This document shows positions 28,020-37,781 of a DNA stretch of 64,000 bases, piece by piece. Source of the stretch: a bacterium (lineage in GTDB: Bacteria; JADJOY01); contig JAXLQJ010000015.1 of NCBI GenBank assembly GCA_046331705.1, forward strand, positions 62,001 to 126,000. Reading direction: 5' to 3'. Below the pieces are notes generated by a model. The model searched no databases. It saw nothing but the letters and a program-made list of their open reading frames with translations, and was not told where the DNA came from. Positions within the stretch are counted from its first letter, which is position 1; every line of letters starts with the position of its first letter. Position numbers and translations under genes: made by a program.

Positions 28020-29477
28020 ATGCGATTCGATCGATGGTCGGCTTCATGCCGATTGCGGGGTGGCGTGGTCGTGCGCGGCGGCGCGGTTTGGGCCGCATCG
28101 ACGTTCGTGGCTGTCACGGTGTTCGCGGGACCACCGGCCGTGACGGATCTCGCGCGGCCTGCATCCGCTCGCGAGGCGCGAAACGCGGTGGTGGCCGAGG
28201 TGCTCGCGCGGCACCCGGACGTGCGCGCCGCCGCGGCGGCGGTGGAGGCCGCCGTCGAACAGCCGAGTCAGGCGGGGGCGCTGCCGGATCCGGTCTTCAC
28301 GGTCGCGTATCAGAACGACGGCACCGCGCCGTCGCTCGGCAGCGAGGAGATGACCCAGCTGGCGTTCGTGTGGTCGCAGGCGATTCCCTTTCCCGGCAAG
28401 CTCGCCACCGCGAGCGAAGCGCGCGGGCGCGTCGTCGAGCTGGCTCGCGCGCGGCTCGAACGCGTGCGCCGCGACGTGCGGGAACAGGTCGAGAAGGGCT
28501 GGGTGGCGCTGGCTCTGGCCGCGCGGTCTCGCGCGTTGCTCGACGACGAGTCGCGTGCGGTGTCGGACGTGGAGGCGATCGCACGGGCGCGCTACGCGGC
28601 GGGGCTCGTTTCGCAGCCCGAGGTGCTGCGCGCGCAGGTGGAGCTCGCTCGTCTCGAGCAGGCGCGGCTCGATGCGGGGTTGGCCCATGGGCTGGCGCTG
28701 AGCGAGCTGAACCGGCTTCGGGATCGCCCCGGCGACACGCCGGTTCCCGAGTCGGCGGCGCTCGAGCTGGACGCGACGCCTCCCGATCGCGCGGCGGTGC
28801 TCGCCGCCGCGGAGAAAGAGAGCCCCGAGCTGGTCGCCGCGACCGCGACGCTCGACCGCGCCGGGCTCGAACGAACGCTCGCGCAGAAGGCGGTGCTGCC
28901 GGATTTCTATCTGAGCGGCGGCTACATGAATCGCGGCGGCCTCGAACCGATGTGGCAGGCGAGCGTCGGGCTCTCGCTTCCGCTGTGGGCGGTCGAGAAG
29001 CAGCAGCCGGCGCTGCGCGAGGCCGAGGCGCAAACCCGCGGTGCCGAGGCCGCGCTCGACTCGATTCGAAGCCTCGTCCGCGTGCGAACCGAGCAGCGCC
29101 TGGACGCCATCGCGGCGCTGCTCGCGACCCTCGCCGTCGAGCGTGACTCGGTGCTCGGCCACGAGGAGCTCGCGGTCGAAGCCGCGCTCGCCACCTATCG
29201 CGCGGGCCAGTCGTCGCTCGGCACGGTGCTCGAGCCGCTGGTCACGCTCTATCGCGATCGCGCCAGCCACGCCGCGCGCATCGCGGATCTCGAGGTGCTG
29301 CGGGCGGAGCTCGCGGCACTCTCGCTCGCACCCGTGCGCGTCAGCGCGCGCGTGATGGGCGGGAGCCCCTCGGGAGGGGGCATGGAGCCCGCACCCGCGG
29401 GTGCGGAGATCCGCGCCGACCAGCCGTCCTCCACGTCGCCCGCCGCCGCCGGCACCAGCGGCGGCATGGGCATGTGA
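28020..29477 (+). CDS. cusC: TolC family outer-membrane efflux protein (CusC-like)
   Basis: ALPDP, SQAIPFPGK, VLPDFYL, VGLSLPLW; Met-rich tail GGMGM; RBS GGGAGG; operon context. Confidence 0.85.
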   Translation: MRFDRWSASCRLRGGVVVRGGAVWAASTFVAVTVFAGPPAVTDLARPASAREARNAVVAEVLARHPDVRAAAAAVEAAVEQPSQAGALPDPVFTVAYQNDGTAPSLGSEEMTQLAFVWSQAIPFPGKLATASEARGRVVELARARLERVRRDVREQVEKGWVALALAARSRALLDDESRAVSDVEAIARARYAAGLVSQPEVLRAQVELARLEQARLDAGLAHGLALSELNRLRDRPGDTPVPESAALELDATPPDRAAVLAAAEKESPELVAATATLDRAGLERTLAQKAVLPDFYLSGGYMNRGGLEPMWQASVGLSLPLWAVEKQQPALREAEAQTRGAEAALDSIRSLVRVRTEQRLDAIAALLATLAVERDSVLGHEELAVEAALATYRAGQSSLGTVLEPLVTLYRDRASHAARIADLEVLRAELAALSLAPVRVSARVMGGSPSGGGMEPAPAGAEIRADQPSSTSPAAAGTSGGMGM

Positions 29478-29489
29478 TCGGAGAGAGCC

Positions 29490-30941
29490 ATGAGAACCCC
29501 ATCGTTCGAATCCCATCCGCCGCACCGCGCGCGACGCCTTGCGGCGCGATCGCTGGCGGCGCTCGCGATCCTCGCGAGCGTCGCAACCCTGTCGCTCGAC
29601 GTGGGCTGCAAGGGACGTGGTGCGTCCGCCGAAGCGGAATCGGTCACGTACTACTGCCCGATGCACCCGACCTACACCTCGAAGCAACCGGGACATTGCC
29701 CGATCTGCTCGATGACGCTGGTCAAGCGGAGCGCGCCCACCGCCGGTGGCCTCGCCGGCCCCGCCTCGCCGGCGCCGTCCGCGCCGGCCGTCGAGGGTCG
29801 CGTGGCGGTCACGATTCCGCTCGAACGCCAGCAGCTCATCGGCGTCACCACCGACGTGGTGCGCGAGGTGCCGCTCGAGCGAAGCGTTCGGACCGTCGGG
29901 CGTGTCGCCTACGACGAGTCGCGCGTCCAGCACGTTCACGTGAAGTTCGGCGGCTACGTCGAGCACCCCTACGTCGACTTCGTCGGCGCGGTCGTCAAGC
30001 GCGGCGACAAGCTCTTCGACATCTACAGCCCCGAGCTCTTCGCGACTCAGTCCGAGTACCTGCTCGCCGTGCGCTCGCGCGATCACACCGGCGCGGGCGC
30101 GAGCGAAGAGACCAAGGCACGCGCGGCGTCGCTGGTCGACGCAGCCCGCCAGCGGTTGCTCTTGTGGGACATCCAGCCCGGCGAGATCCGACGCCTCGAG
30201 CAGCGCGGCGAGCCCGAGCGAACGCTCGCCATTCATTCGCCGTACGACGGCGTCGTGGTCGAGCGCAAGGCGATCCACGGCATGCAAGTCAGCCCCGGCG
30301 ACACCGTCTACGCCATCGCCGATCTCTCGCAGGTGTGGGTGCTCGCCGACGTCTACGAGTACGAGCTGCCCTACGTGCAGGTGGGGCAGCGCGCCCGCAT
30401 GACGCTCTCGTATCTGCCCGGCCGGAGCTGGGATGGAACCGTGACGTACGTGTACCCGACGGTGGAGTCGAAGACGCGCACCGTGAAGGTGCGGCTCGAG
30501 TTCGCCAACCCCGAGCTGCTGCTCAAGCCCGACATGTTCGCCGACGTCGTCATGGAGGGCGATCTCGGCAAGGCCTTGGTGGTGCCCGAGCGCGCGGTCA
30601 TCATGACCGGGCTCAAGAGCGTGGTCTTCGTCGATCACGGCGACGGTCGTCTCGAGCCGCGCATCGTGGACCTGGGCGCTCACCTGAGCGACGGGTACGA
30701 GGTGCGGGGCGGACTCACCGAAGGCGAGCGCGTCGTCACCAGCGGCAACTTTCTGATCGACTCCGAATCGCGCCTGGAAGCGGCCGTGTCGGGCGCCCAA
30801 CCGGCGCCCGACGCTGGGACGGCCGAGGGCGATGCGAGGCCGAACGCTGCAGAGACGGGTGGCGCTTCGGGCAAGGCGCAGGCGCCGCTCGGCGGTCACA
30901 GCGGACACCTCGGCCACGCGGGTCACGGAGGTGGGTCGTGA
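29490..30941 (+). CDS. cusB: Heavy-metal RND periplasmic adaptor (CusB-like) with heavy-metal-binding domain
   Basis: YYCPMHP..PGHCPICSMTL, IYSPEL, IADLSQVWV, LKPDMF, GNFLIDSES; His-rich tail. Confidence 0.93.
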   Translation: MRTPSFESHPPHRARRLAARSLAALAILASVATLSLDVGCKGRGASAEAESVTYYCPMHPTYTSKQPGHCPICSMTLVKRSAPTAGGLAGPASPAPSAPAVEGRVAVTIPLERQQLIGVTTDVVREVPLERSVRTVGRVAYDESRVQHVHVKFGGYVEHPYVDFVGAVVKRGDKLFDIYSPELFATQSEYLLAVRSRDHTGAGASEETKARAASLVDAARQRLLLWDIQPGEIRRLEQRGEPERTLAIHSPYDGVVVERKAIHGMQVSPGDTVYAIADLSQVWVLADVYEYELPYVQVGQRARMTLSYLPGRSWDGTVTYVYPTVESKTRTVKVRLEFANPELLLKPDMFADVVMEGDLGKALVVPERAVIMTGLKSVVFVDHGDGRLEPRIVDLGAHLSDGYEVRGGLTEGERVVTSGNFLIDSESRLEAAVSGAQPAPDAGTAEGDARPNAAETGGASGKAQAPLGGHSGHLGHAGHGGGS

Positions 30942-33900
30942 TCGAGAAGCTGATCGCGCTCTCCGCGCGCCGGCCGATCGCGGTGCTGGTGGTGGTGGCA
31001 GCGTGGGTGGCGTTCGCGATCCATTCGATCCGCGGCATGCCGCTCGACGCCCTCCCCGACCTCTCCGACACCCAAGTCATCGTCTACTCGCGCTGGGACC
31101 GCAGCCCCGACATCCTCGAGGACCAGGTCACGTATCCGATCGTGTCGGCGCTGCTCGGTGCGCCACGGGTGAAGACCATCCGCGGCTTCTCCGACTTCGG
31201 CTTCAGCTACGTGTACGTGATCTTCGAGGACGGCACCGACCTCTACTGGGCCCGCAGCCGCGTCCTCGAGTACCTGAGCAAGATTCTGCCGGTGTTGCCC
31301 GACGGAGTGCGCACCGAGCTGGGACCCGACGCCACCGGCGTGGGCTGGGTGTACCAGTACGCGCTCGTCGACAAGACGGGTCAGCACGACCTCGCGGACC
31401 TGCGCTCGTTCCAGGACTGGAACTTGCGCTACGCGCTGCAATCCGTGCCGGGAGTGGCGGAGGTGGCGTCGATCGGCGGCTTCGTCCGCCAGTACCAGGT
31501 CACCGTCGATCCCAACCGCCTGGTCGCGTACGGCCTCTCGGTGATGCAGGTGGCCGAGGCGATCCGCAAGGCCAACGTCGAGGTGGGCGGGCGCCTGATC
31601 GAGGTGAGCGGCGCCGAGTTCATGGTGCGCGGCCGCGGCTACGTGAAGAACGTCGCCGACCTCGAGCAGGTGGTGCTCAAGACCGACGAGCAAGGAACGC
31701 CCGTCCTGATGCGCGACGTGGGGCGCATCCAGCTCGGTCCCGACATCCGTCGCGGTGTCGTCGATCTCGACGGCCAGGGCGACGCCGTGGGCGGCGTGGT
31801 GGTGATGCGCCACGGCGAGAACGCCCTCGACGTGATCCGCGCCGTGAAGCAGAAGCTCGCCGAGTCCCGCGGGTCGTTGCCGGCGGGTGTGGAGATCGTG
31901 CCGGTCTACGACCGCTCGGAGCTGATCACGCGCTCCATCGACACGCTCGTTCACGAGCTGATCGTCGAGATGCTGATCGTCCCGGGGTGATCTTGCTCTT
32001 CCTGTGGCATCTGCCGTCGGCCGCGATCCCCATCGTCACGCTGCCGATCGCCGTGCTGTTCGCGTTCATCCCGCTGCGCTGGATGGGTCTCTCCAGCAAC
32101 ATCATGAGCCTGGGCGGATCGCGGTCGCGATCGGCGCGCTCGTGGATGCGGCGGTGGTGGTGGTCGAGAACGCTCACAAGCGCCTCGAGGTCTGGGAGCG
32201 CGAAGGCCGTCACGGCGACTACCGCGAGGTGCTGGTCAAGGCCATTCAAGAGGTCGGCCGGCCGAGCTTCTACTCGCTGCTCGTGATCGCGGTGTCGTTC
32301 CTGCCGATCTTCGCCCTCGAAGCGCAGGAAGGCCGGCTCTTCAAGCCGCTCGCGTTCACCAAGAACCTGTCGATGGCGATCGCGGCGGTGCTCGCCGTGA
32401 CGCTGGATCCTGCCCTTCGGATCTTGGTCACCCGGGTGACGCCGTTTCGCTTTCGGCCGCGTGCGCTGGCCTCGGTGGCGAACGCGGTGCTCATCGGCAA
32501 GCTCCATCCCGAGGAAAAGCACCCCGTCAGCCGCGTGCTGATCCGGCTCTACGCGCCAGTGAATCGCTTCGCGTTGCGGCATCCGGGCTGGATCATCGGC
32601 GCCGCGATCGCCGTGGTGCTAGCGACCATTCCCGTCTATCGCTCCCTCGACGCCGAATTCATGCCGCCCCTCAACGAAGGGGCGGTGCTCTCATGCCCAC
32701 CACGTTGCCGGGCATCTCGGTCACCGAGGCTGAGCGCTGGCTCCAGGTTCAGGATCGTCTGCTCAAGACGATCCCCGAGGTCGAGCGCGTGTTCGGCAAG
32801 GCCGGCCGCGCCGAGACTTCGACCGATCCCGCGCCGTTCTCGATGGCGGAGACCAACGTGGTCTTGAAGCCCGAGAGCGAGTGGCGTTCCCGCCAACGCT
32901 GGTACTCGGGGTGGGCGCCCGATTGGCTGAAGCGCACGCTGGCTGGCACCGCTCTGGCCCGAGAAGCTCACCTGGGACGAGCTGGTGGCGGAGATGGACC
33001 AGGTGTCCGGCTTCCCGGCACCACCAACGCCTGGACGATGCCCATCAAGAACCGCATCGACATGCTCACGACCGGCGTGCACGCCCGTCGGCGTGAAGAT
33101 CTTCGGCGCCGATCTCGCCGAGATCGAACGGATCGGCATCGAGCTGGAGCGCATCCTGCCAGCCGTGGAAGGCACGCGCAGTGTGTTCGCCGAGCGGGTC
33201 GCAGGTGGCTATTTCCTCGACTTCGATCTCAAGCGCGGTGAGCTGGCGCGCTACGGCTCTCGGTCGAGGACGCACAGATGACCATCCAGACTGCGATCGG
33301 CGGCGAAACATCACCACCACCGTCGAGGGTCGCGCGCGATACCCCGTGAATCTGCGCTACCCGCGCGAGCTGCGCGACAACGTCGAGAGCCCGCGCCGCG
33401 TGCTGGTGCAGACGCCGAGCGGCGCGCAGATCCGCTCGAGCAGCTCGCCGACATCCGGCTCACCCTCGGACCGTCGATGATCCGCGACGAGAATGGGAGG
33501 CTCGCCGGTTACGTGTACGTGGACGTGGATACGTCCAAGCGCGCCATCGGCGGCACATGGCCGACGCCAAGGCGCTGGTCGCAAGCCAGCTTCGTCTGCC
33601 CGAGGGTTACGCTGCAGTGGAGCGGTCAGTACGAGGCGATGGAGCGCGTGCGCGAGCGGCTCATGATCGTGGTGCCGATCACGCTGGCGATCATCTTCGC
33701 GCTCATCTACTGGAACACGGGCTCGGCGATGCGGACCGCCATCGTGCCCGTGGCGGTGCCGTTTTCGATGGTGGGTGCGGTGCTGTTGCTCGCTGCTCGG
33801 CTACCACATCAGCATCGGTGTGTGGGTCGGGATCATCGCGTTGCTCGGTCTCGACGCCGAGACCGGCATCTTCATGTTGCTCTACCTCGATCTCGCTTAC

Positions 33901-34187
33901 GACGAGTGGCGCGCCAAGGGCCAGATGCGCTCGCTCGCCGATCTGCGAGAGGCAATCCACCACGGTGCCGTGATGCGCGTGCGGCCAAGGTCATGACCGT
34001 GGCATGTGCCTTCATGGGGCTGGTGCCGATCCTGTTCTCGACCGGCAGCGGCGCCGACGTCATGAAGCGCATCGCTGCACCCATGATCGGCGGGCTCGGC
34101 ACCAGCTTCGTGATGGAGCTGGTCGTGTATCCGGCGATCTACTTGCTGTGGCGCTCCCGCGAGCTGCGTCGCGAGGCCACGTCATGA
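30938..34187 (+). pseudogene. cusA: CusA/CzcA family heavy-metal RND permease broken by more than 10 small frameshifts (probably consensus errors rather than true decay)
   Basis: GTG start overlaps the cusB stop. LDALPDLSDTQV, GPDATGVGWVYQY, NIMSLGG, EGRLFKPLAFTK, EFMPPLNEG, TDPAP, MPIKNRIDML and GADVMKRIAAPMIGG are spread across shifting frames after about 31985. Confidence 0.9.
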
Positions 34188-34254
34188 GCCTTGGATCGCT
34201 GCCTGCCGGGCGCAGCACCCACGGTGGCGGCGCTCGCCGCCGGGAGGCGTGGCG

Positions 34255-34917
34255 ATGAGTCGCCTCGGTTGGCTGGCACTCGGTCTGTGCGCGGGGATCG
34301 CAGGGACGTCCGCCGCGATCGTCGGCGTGGCGCTCCACGGCGGCATCGGCGCGCGCGGCGAGCCGTCGTCGGCGGAGGCGCTGCTGGCGCGGCGGATCCG
34401 GCACCTCGCCATTCCACGCGCGGCGCGCGCACGAGCCAACCCGGTACCCGCGAGCGCCGCGGTGATCGCCGCCGGACGCACGCACTGGGCCGATCACTGC
34501 GCGTCGTGTCACGGCAACGACGGGCGCGGGGACACGCCGCTCGGCCGCGGCCTCTACCCACGGGCGCCGAACATGCAGCTCGAGGCCACCCAGGGTCTCG
34601 CCGACGGCGAGCTCTTCTACATCATCGAGAACGGAGTGCGTCTCACGGGAATGCCGGCGTGGGGCGGTGCCACGGACGAGTCCGCGAGCGAGACCTGGCA
34701 TCTCGTCCATTTCATTCGCCATCTGCCCGAGATCACGCCGGAGGAAGCGGCCGCCATGGAGGCGCTCAATCCCAAGACCGCGGCCCAGCTCGCGGACGAG
34801 GAGGAGACGCGGCGCTTCCTCGAAGACGATTCCGGGTCGAATGAATCCGATCGAACAAACGGCGACGCGCCACCGTCTAACGAAGCGAGTCGAGAGAAAC
34901 CGGAGCCGGGCCGATGA
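34255..34917 (+). CDS. Membrane-anchored c-type cytochrome
   Basis: CASCH haem-binding motif, GELFYIIENGVRLTGMPAW, N-terminal TM. Confidence 0.9.
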   Translation: MSRLGWLALGLCAGIAGTSAAIVGVALHGGIGARGEPSSAEALLARRIRHLAIPRAARARANPVPASAAVIAAGRTHWADHCASCHGNDGRGDTPLGRGLYPRAPNMQLEATQGLADGELFYIIENGVRLTGMPAWGGATDESASETWHLVHFIRHLPEITPEEAAAMEALNPKTAAQLADEEETRRFLEDDSGSNESDRTNGDAPPSNEASREKPEPGR

Positions 34918-35234
34918 CTCGCGCCACCAAGCCCATCATTCATGCAGCGGTGTCGGCCGCCTTCGCGTTCGCAGGCCTCGCCCACGCTCACGAGGGACAC
35001 GAGCACAAGCTGATGGGAGTCGTCGCGGCTTTCGACTCCGCGCACGTCGAGGTGAAGGGCACCGACGGCGCCACCCAATCGATCCAGCTCGCGCCCACCA
35101 CGCAATTCAAGAAAGCGAATCAGTCCGCGACCGCTGCCGATCTCGTCCCGAACGGCAAGGTCGTCGTGAAGTACCGGGAGTCGAACGGCCAGAAGACCGC
35201 CACGGAGATCAGCGTGCCCGCCGCGGCGAAGTAG
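34914..35234 (+). CDS. Small periplasmic His-rich OB-fold-like protein (DUF5666-like)
   Basis: Signal peptide ..AHA|HEGHEHKLMGVV; ADLVPNGKVVV..ATEI; ATGA-coupled to the cytochrome. Confidence 0.75.
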   Translation: MTRATKPIIHAAVSAAFAFAGLAHAHEGHEHKLMGVVAAFDSAHVEVKGTDGATQSIQLAPTTQFKKANQSATAADLVPNGKVVVKYRESNGQKTATEISVPAAAK

Positions 35235-35404
35235 TCGCCATCGCGTCGAACCGGGCACACGCCACCGACCCGAGGCTCCCGCCAATCCATCGCCCCTCCC
35301 GGGCCGGTCCGTCGCTCGCAGCGCTCATGGGGAGCGCCCGAGTCTCGGGCCGGCCCGCCTTGTTTCACGCAAGAGCGGGCGTTCACGGGGGAGCGTGGCG
35401 CCAC

Positions 35405-35794
35405 TCACCAAACCGTCACCAACCCGCGAGCGCGCCGCAAGGCTCGATCCGGCGTCACGAGGCGAGCGCGATACTGGACGCTCGCCGCCGCGATCAGGCG
35501 ATCTGCCGGGTCGCCGTGAAGGCCAAACGTCGTCGAAAGAACCGCAATCTCCGGGGTGATCTGCAGCACCTGAATTGCTCGTGCTCGGAGTGCGGCTCGT
35601 AGGAACTCGAGCGTGTCTCCGCCCACGTCGAGGCGACCGTGGCTGACGAGCATCGCAACCTCCCACAGCGTCACGTCGACGACGGCGAGCTCACCTTGGC
35701 CCGCGGCCGCCTCGATCGCAGCGCGCGCCGCACGGCTCAAGCGCGATGGATCCAGCGCGTCGTAGAGAAATGGCGCCGTGTCAACGACGAGCAT
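35405..35794 (-). CDS. vapC: PIN-domain VapC toxin
   Basis: VVDT, TLWEVAML..GRL, HGDPADRLIAA, LVTPD. Confidence 0.92.
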   Translation of the reverse strand: MLVVDTAPFLYDALDPSRLSRAARAAIEAAAGQGELAVVDVTLWEVAMLVSHGRLDVGGDTLEFLRAALRARAIQVLQITPEIAVLSTTFGLHGDPADRLIAAASVQYRARLVTPDRALRRARGLVTVW

Positions 35795-36044
35795 GCTCGT
35801 TCGAACGTTTATCGGCGTTCCAGGTCACGTCGACGGGAGACTCGATGTCTCCGATTCGGCAGTGGGCTCGAAATCGTTGCAACTCCGCCTGCGCGACTTT
35901 CACGTCGTCCGCGGCTGGCATCAGTTGCGCGATCACGACACCCCGTGACGTGACGTCCAGCACTGACCCGCGCCGCACCTGCGTCAGGTAGCGGGGAAGG
36001 TTCTGTCGGAGCTCGGTCACATTGATGCGCGCGCGTGCCGTCAC
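35781..36044 (-). CDS. Phd/YefM family antitoxin
   Basis: INVTELRQNLPRYL..VRRG...VTSRGVVIAQL; overlaps vapC. Confidence 0.9.
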   Translation of the reverse strand: MTARARINVTELRQNLPRYLTQVRRGSVLDVTSRGVVIAQLMPAADDVKVAQAELQRFRAHCRIGDIESPVDVTWNADKRSNEHARR

Positions 36045-36072
36045 GGTCGTATCTCTCGGTGTCGGGTCGAAG

Positions 36073-36091
36073 TGTACAATTCAAATGTACG
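36073..36091. promoter_or_regulatory. Putative Phd/YefM autorepression operator
   Basis: TGTACA (36073-36078) and TGTACG (36086-36091), forming an inverted repeat GTACA-N7-TGTAC in an AT-rich patch upstream of the antitoxin. Confidence 0.6.
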
Positions 36092-36151
36092 TATCGCGCT
36101 GGCCCCGCGCAAGCCGTCACGATGGGACCCGCATCGCTCTGGAAGTCGCCT

Positions 36152-36190
36152 GGCCGAAGCCGCATGCCGTACGGATCTTCGGCTGCGGCC
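36152..36190 (-). terminator. Hairpin at the CRISPR trailer end (possible terminator)
   Basis: GGCCGAAGCCG...CGGCTGCGGCC, 11-bp stem with one mismatch. No clear U-tract. Confidence 0.35.
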
Positions 36191-36199
36191 ACGAGCGAC

Positions 36200-37728
36200 G
36201 GTCGATCCCCGCGCGCGCGGGGAGACCGCGCACGGGCGGCGCGCCGGACGTCGTGGCGAGGTCGATCCCCGCGCGCGCGGGGGAGACGCCCGATGCGGTG
36301 ACGGTACGATCCGCGATCCAGGTCGATCCCCGCGCGCGCGGGGAGACCCGCGATGGTCTTCTGATCGAGCGCCGCGAGGGGTCGATCCCGCGCGCGCGGG
36401 GGAGACGCGGTGGTGACGGACCTGCCGTATGGGCTGGCGGGTCGATCCCCGCGCGCGCGGGGGAGACCCTTCGACGCTGCGAACGCGTCGATCTCCTCGA
36501 GGCCGATCCCCGCGCGCGCGGGGAGACCGCAACGCAAACGTGCGCTGCACGCCTACGTAGGGTCGATCTCCGCGCGCGCGGGGAGACAACCAGGCGTACG
36601 GGGTCACCTACACCGGCGACCAGGGTCGATCTCGCGCGCGCGCGGGAGACCAGTCGAACAACTCCCGCAAAAAGGATCGAGGAGGTCGATTCCCCGCGCG
36701 CGCGGGGGAGACCGGGTGGTGGCACCGAGAAGTCGCCGGACTGGATCGAGGGTCGATCTCGCGCGCGCGGGGAGACGCCGGCGGCTCAGGCTCCATCGGC
36801 CGCCGGTTGGGTCGATCTTCCCGCGCGCGCGGGGAGACTGACGGGCGGAGCTTTTCTTCGGGCGCGGGCCGGTCGATCTCGCGCGCGGGAGACAGCCCAA
36901 TCGGGGAGCCGAGGGGCGCGTCGGGTCGATCCCGCGCGCGCGGGGAGACCAACGAGAGGAGCTAACCGTGGAAATGACCTGGGGTCGATCCCCCGCGCGC
37001 GCGGGGAGACGGACAGCACGCTCTGCGCGGCGCCCTGTGACGGGTCGATCCCCGCGCGCGCGGGGGAGACTGGCTACGGTGACATACCAGTGCGTGGCAT
37101 GGGGCTCGATCCCCGCGCGCGGGGGAGACCGTGACGCTGGCGCTGACGAGGCCGTGCTCACGGGTCGATCCCCGCGCGCGCGGGGAGACAAGCAGTGGGA
37201 CCACGGCGTCCCGGGCGTCGAGGGTCGATCCCCGCGCGCGCGGGGGAGACGCATCCTGTCTGGCCTGCCGCGAGGAGTGCTGGGGTCGATCCCCGCGCGC
37301 GCGGGGAGACCGACCCCCGCGGCGCGACCTCACGCCCGGATGATCGATCCCCGCGCGCGCGGGGGAGACCCTTCCGGACCGAGCCGCACGTCCTTCCGGA
37401 AGGGTCGATCCCCGCGCGCGCGGGGGAGACGCAGGCGATGGCCGTTCCACATGGTGGACGTGGGGTCGATCCTCGGCGCGCGGGGGAGACCTCGACCTCG
37501 AACACCTCGCCCCTTGAACACCAGGGTCGATCCCCGCGCGCGCGGGGAGATTCGCGGCTGGGCGGAGACGCTGGAGACACAAGGTCGATCCCCGCGCGCG
37601 CGGGGGAGACCTCCTCGACCGGCGGACACAGCACCATCTCGAGGGTCGATCCCCGCGCGCGCGGGGGAGACTCAGCCCCGGAGGAGCGATCCCATAGACG
37701 AGGTCGATCTCGCGCGCGCGGGGGAGAC
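36200..37728 (-). CRISPR. Type I-E CRISPR array, 26 repeats / 25 spacers
   Basis: Consensus on the minus strand GTCTCCCCCGCGCGCGCGGGGATCGACC (28 nt, CCCCGC/GCGGGG hairpin). Period about 60-61 nt, spacers mostly 32-33 nt. Many repeats carry homopolymer indels. Directly downstream of cas2. Confidence 0.98.
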
Positions 37729-37781
37729 TGTCAGACCCGTGACGTCTGGTTGCCGATGATCGCGTGTTCGCACCTCCAAGG

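Noticed and set aside
28044-30926. 960-aa antisense ORF and many similar long overlapping ORFs
   Set aside because: High-GC shadow ORFs opposite well-supported genes, with no recognisable motifs.
36100-36199. Extra degenerate terminal repeat beyond the trailer
   Set aside because: No repeat similarity at the expected 61-nt period.
36468-36500. Possible self-targeting: spacer shares GTCGATCTCCTCGA with the MCP gene near 10831
   Set aside because: Only about 14 nt of a common high-GC coding word. I saw no full-length spacer match in the window, though the check was by eye.
36561-36893. Cluster of variant repeats in mid-array as a biological signal
   Set aside because: The variants are mostly homopolymer or dinucleotide indels, as in cusA, and cannot be told from sequencing error without reads.
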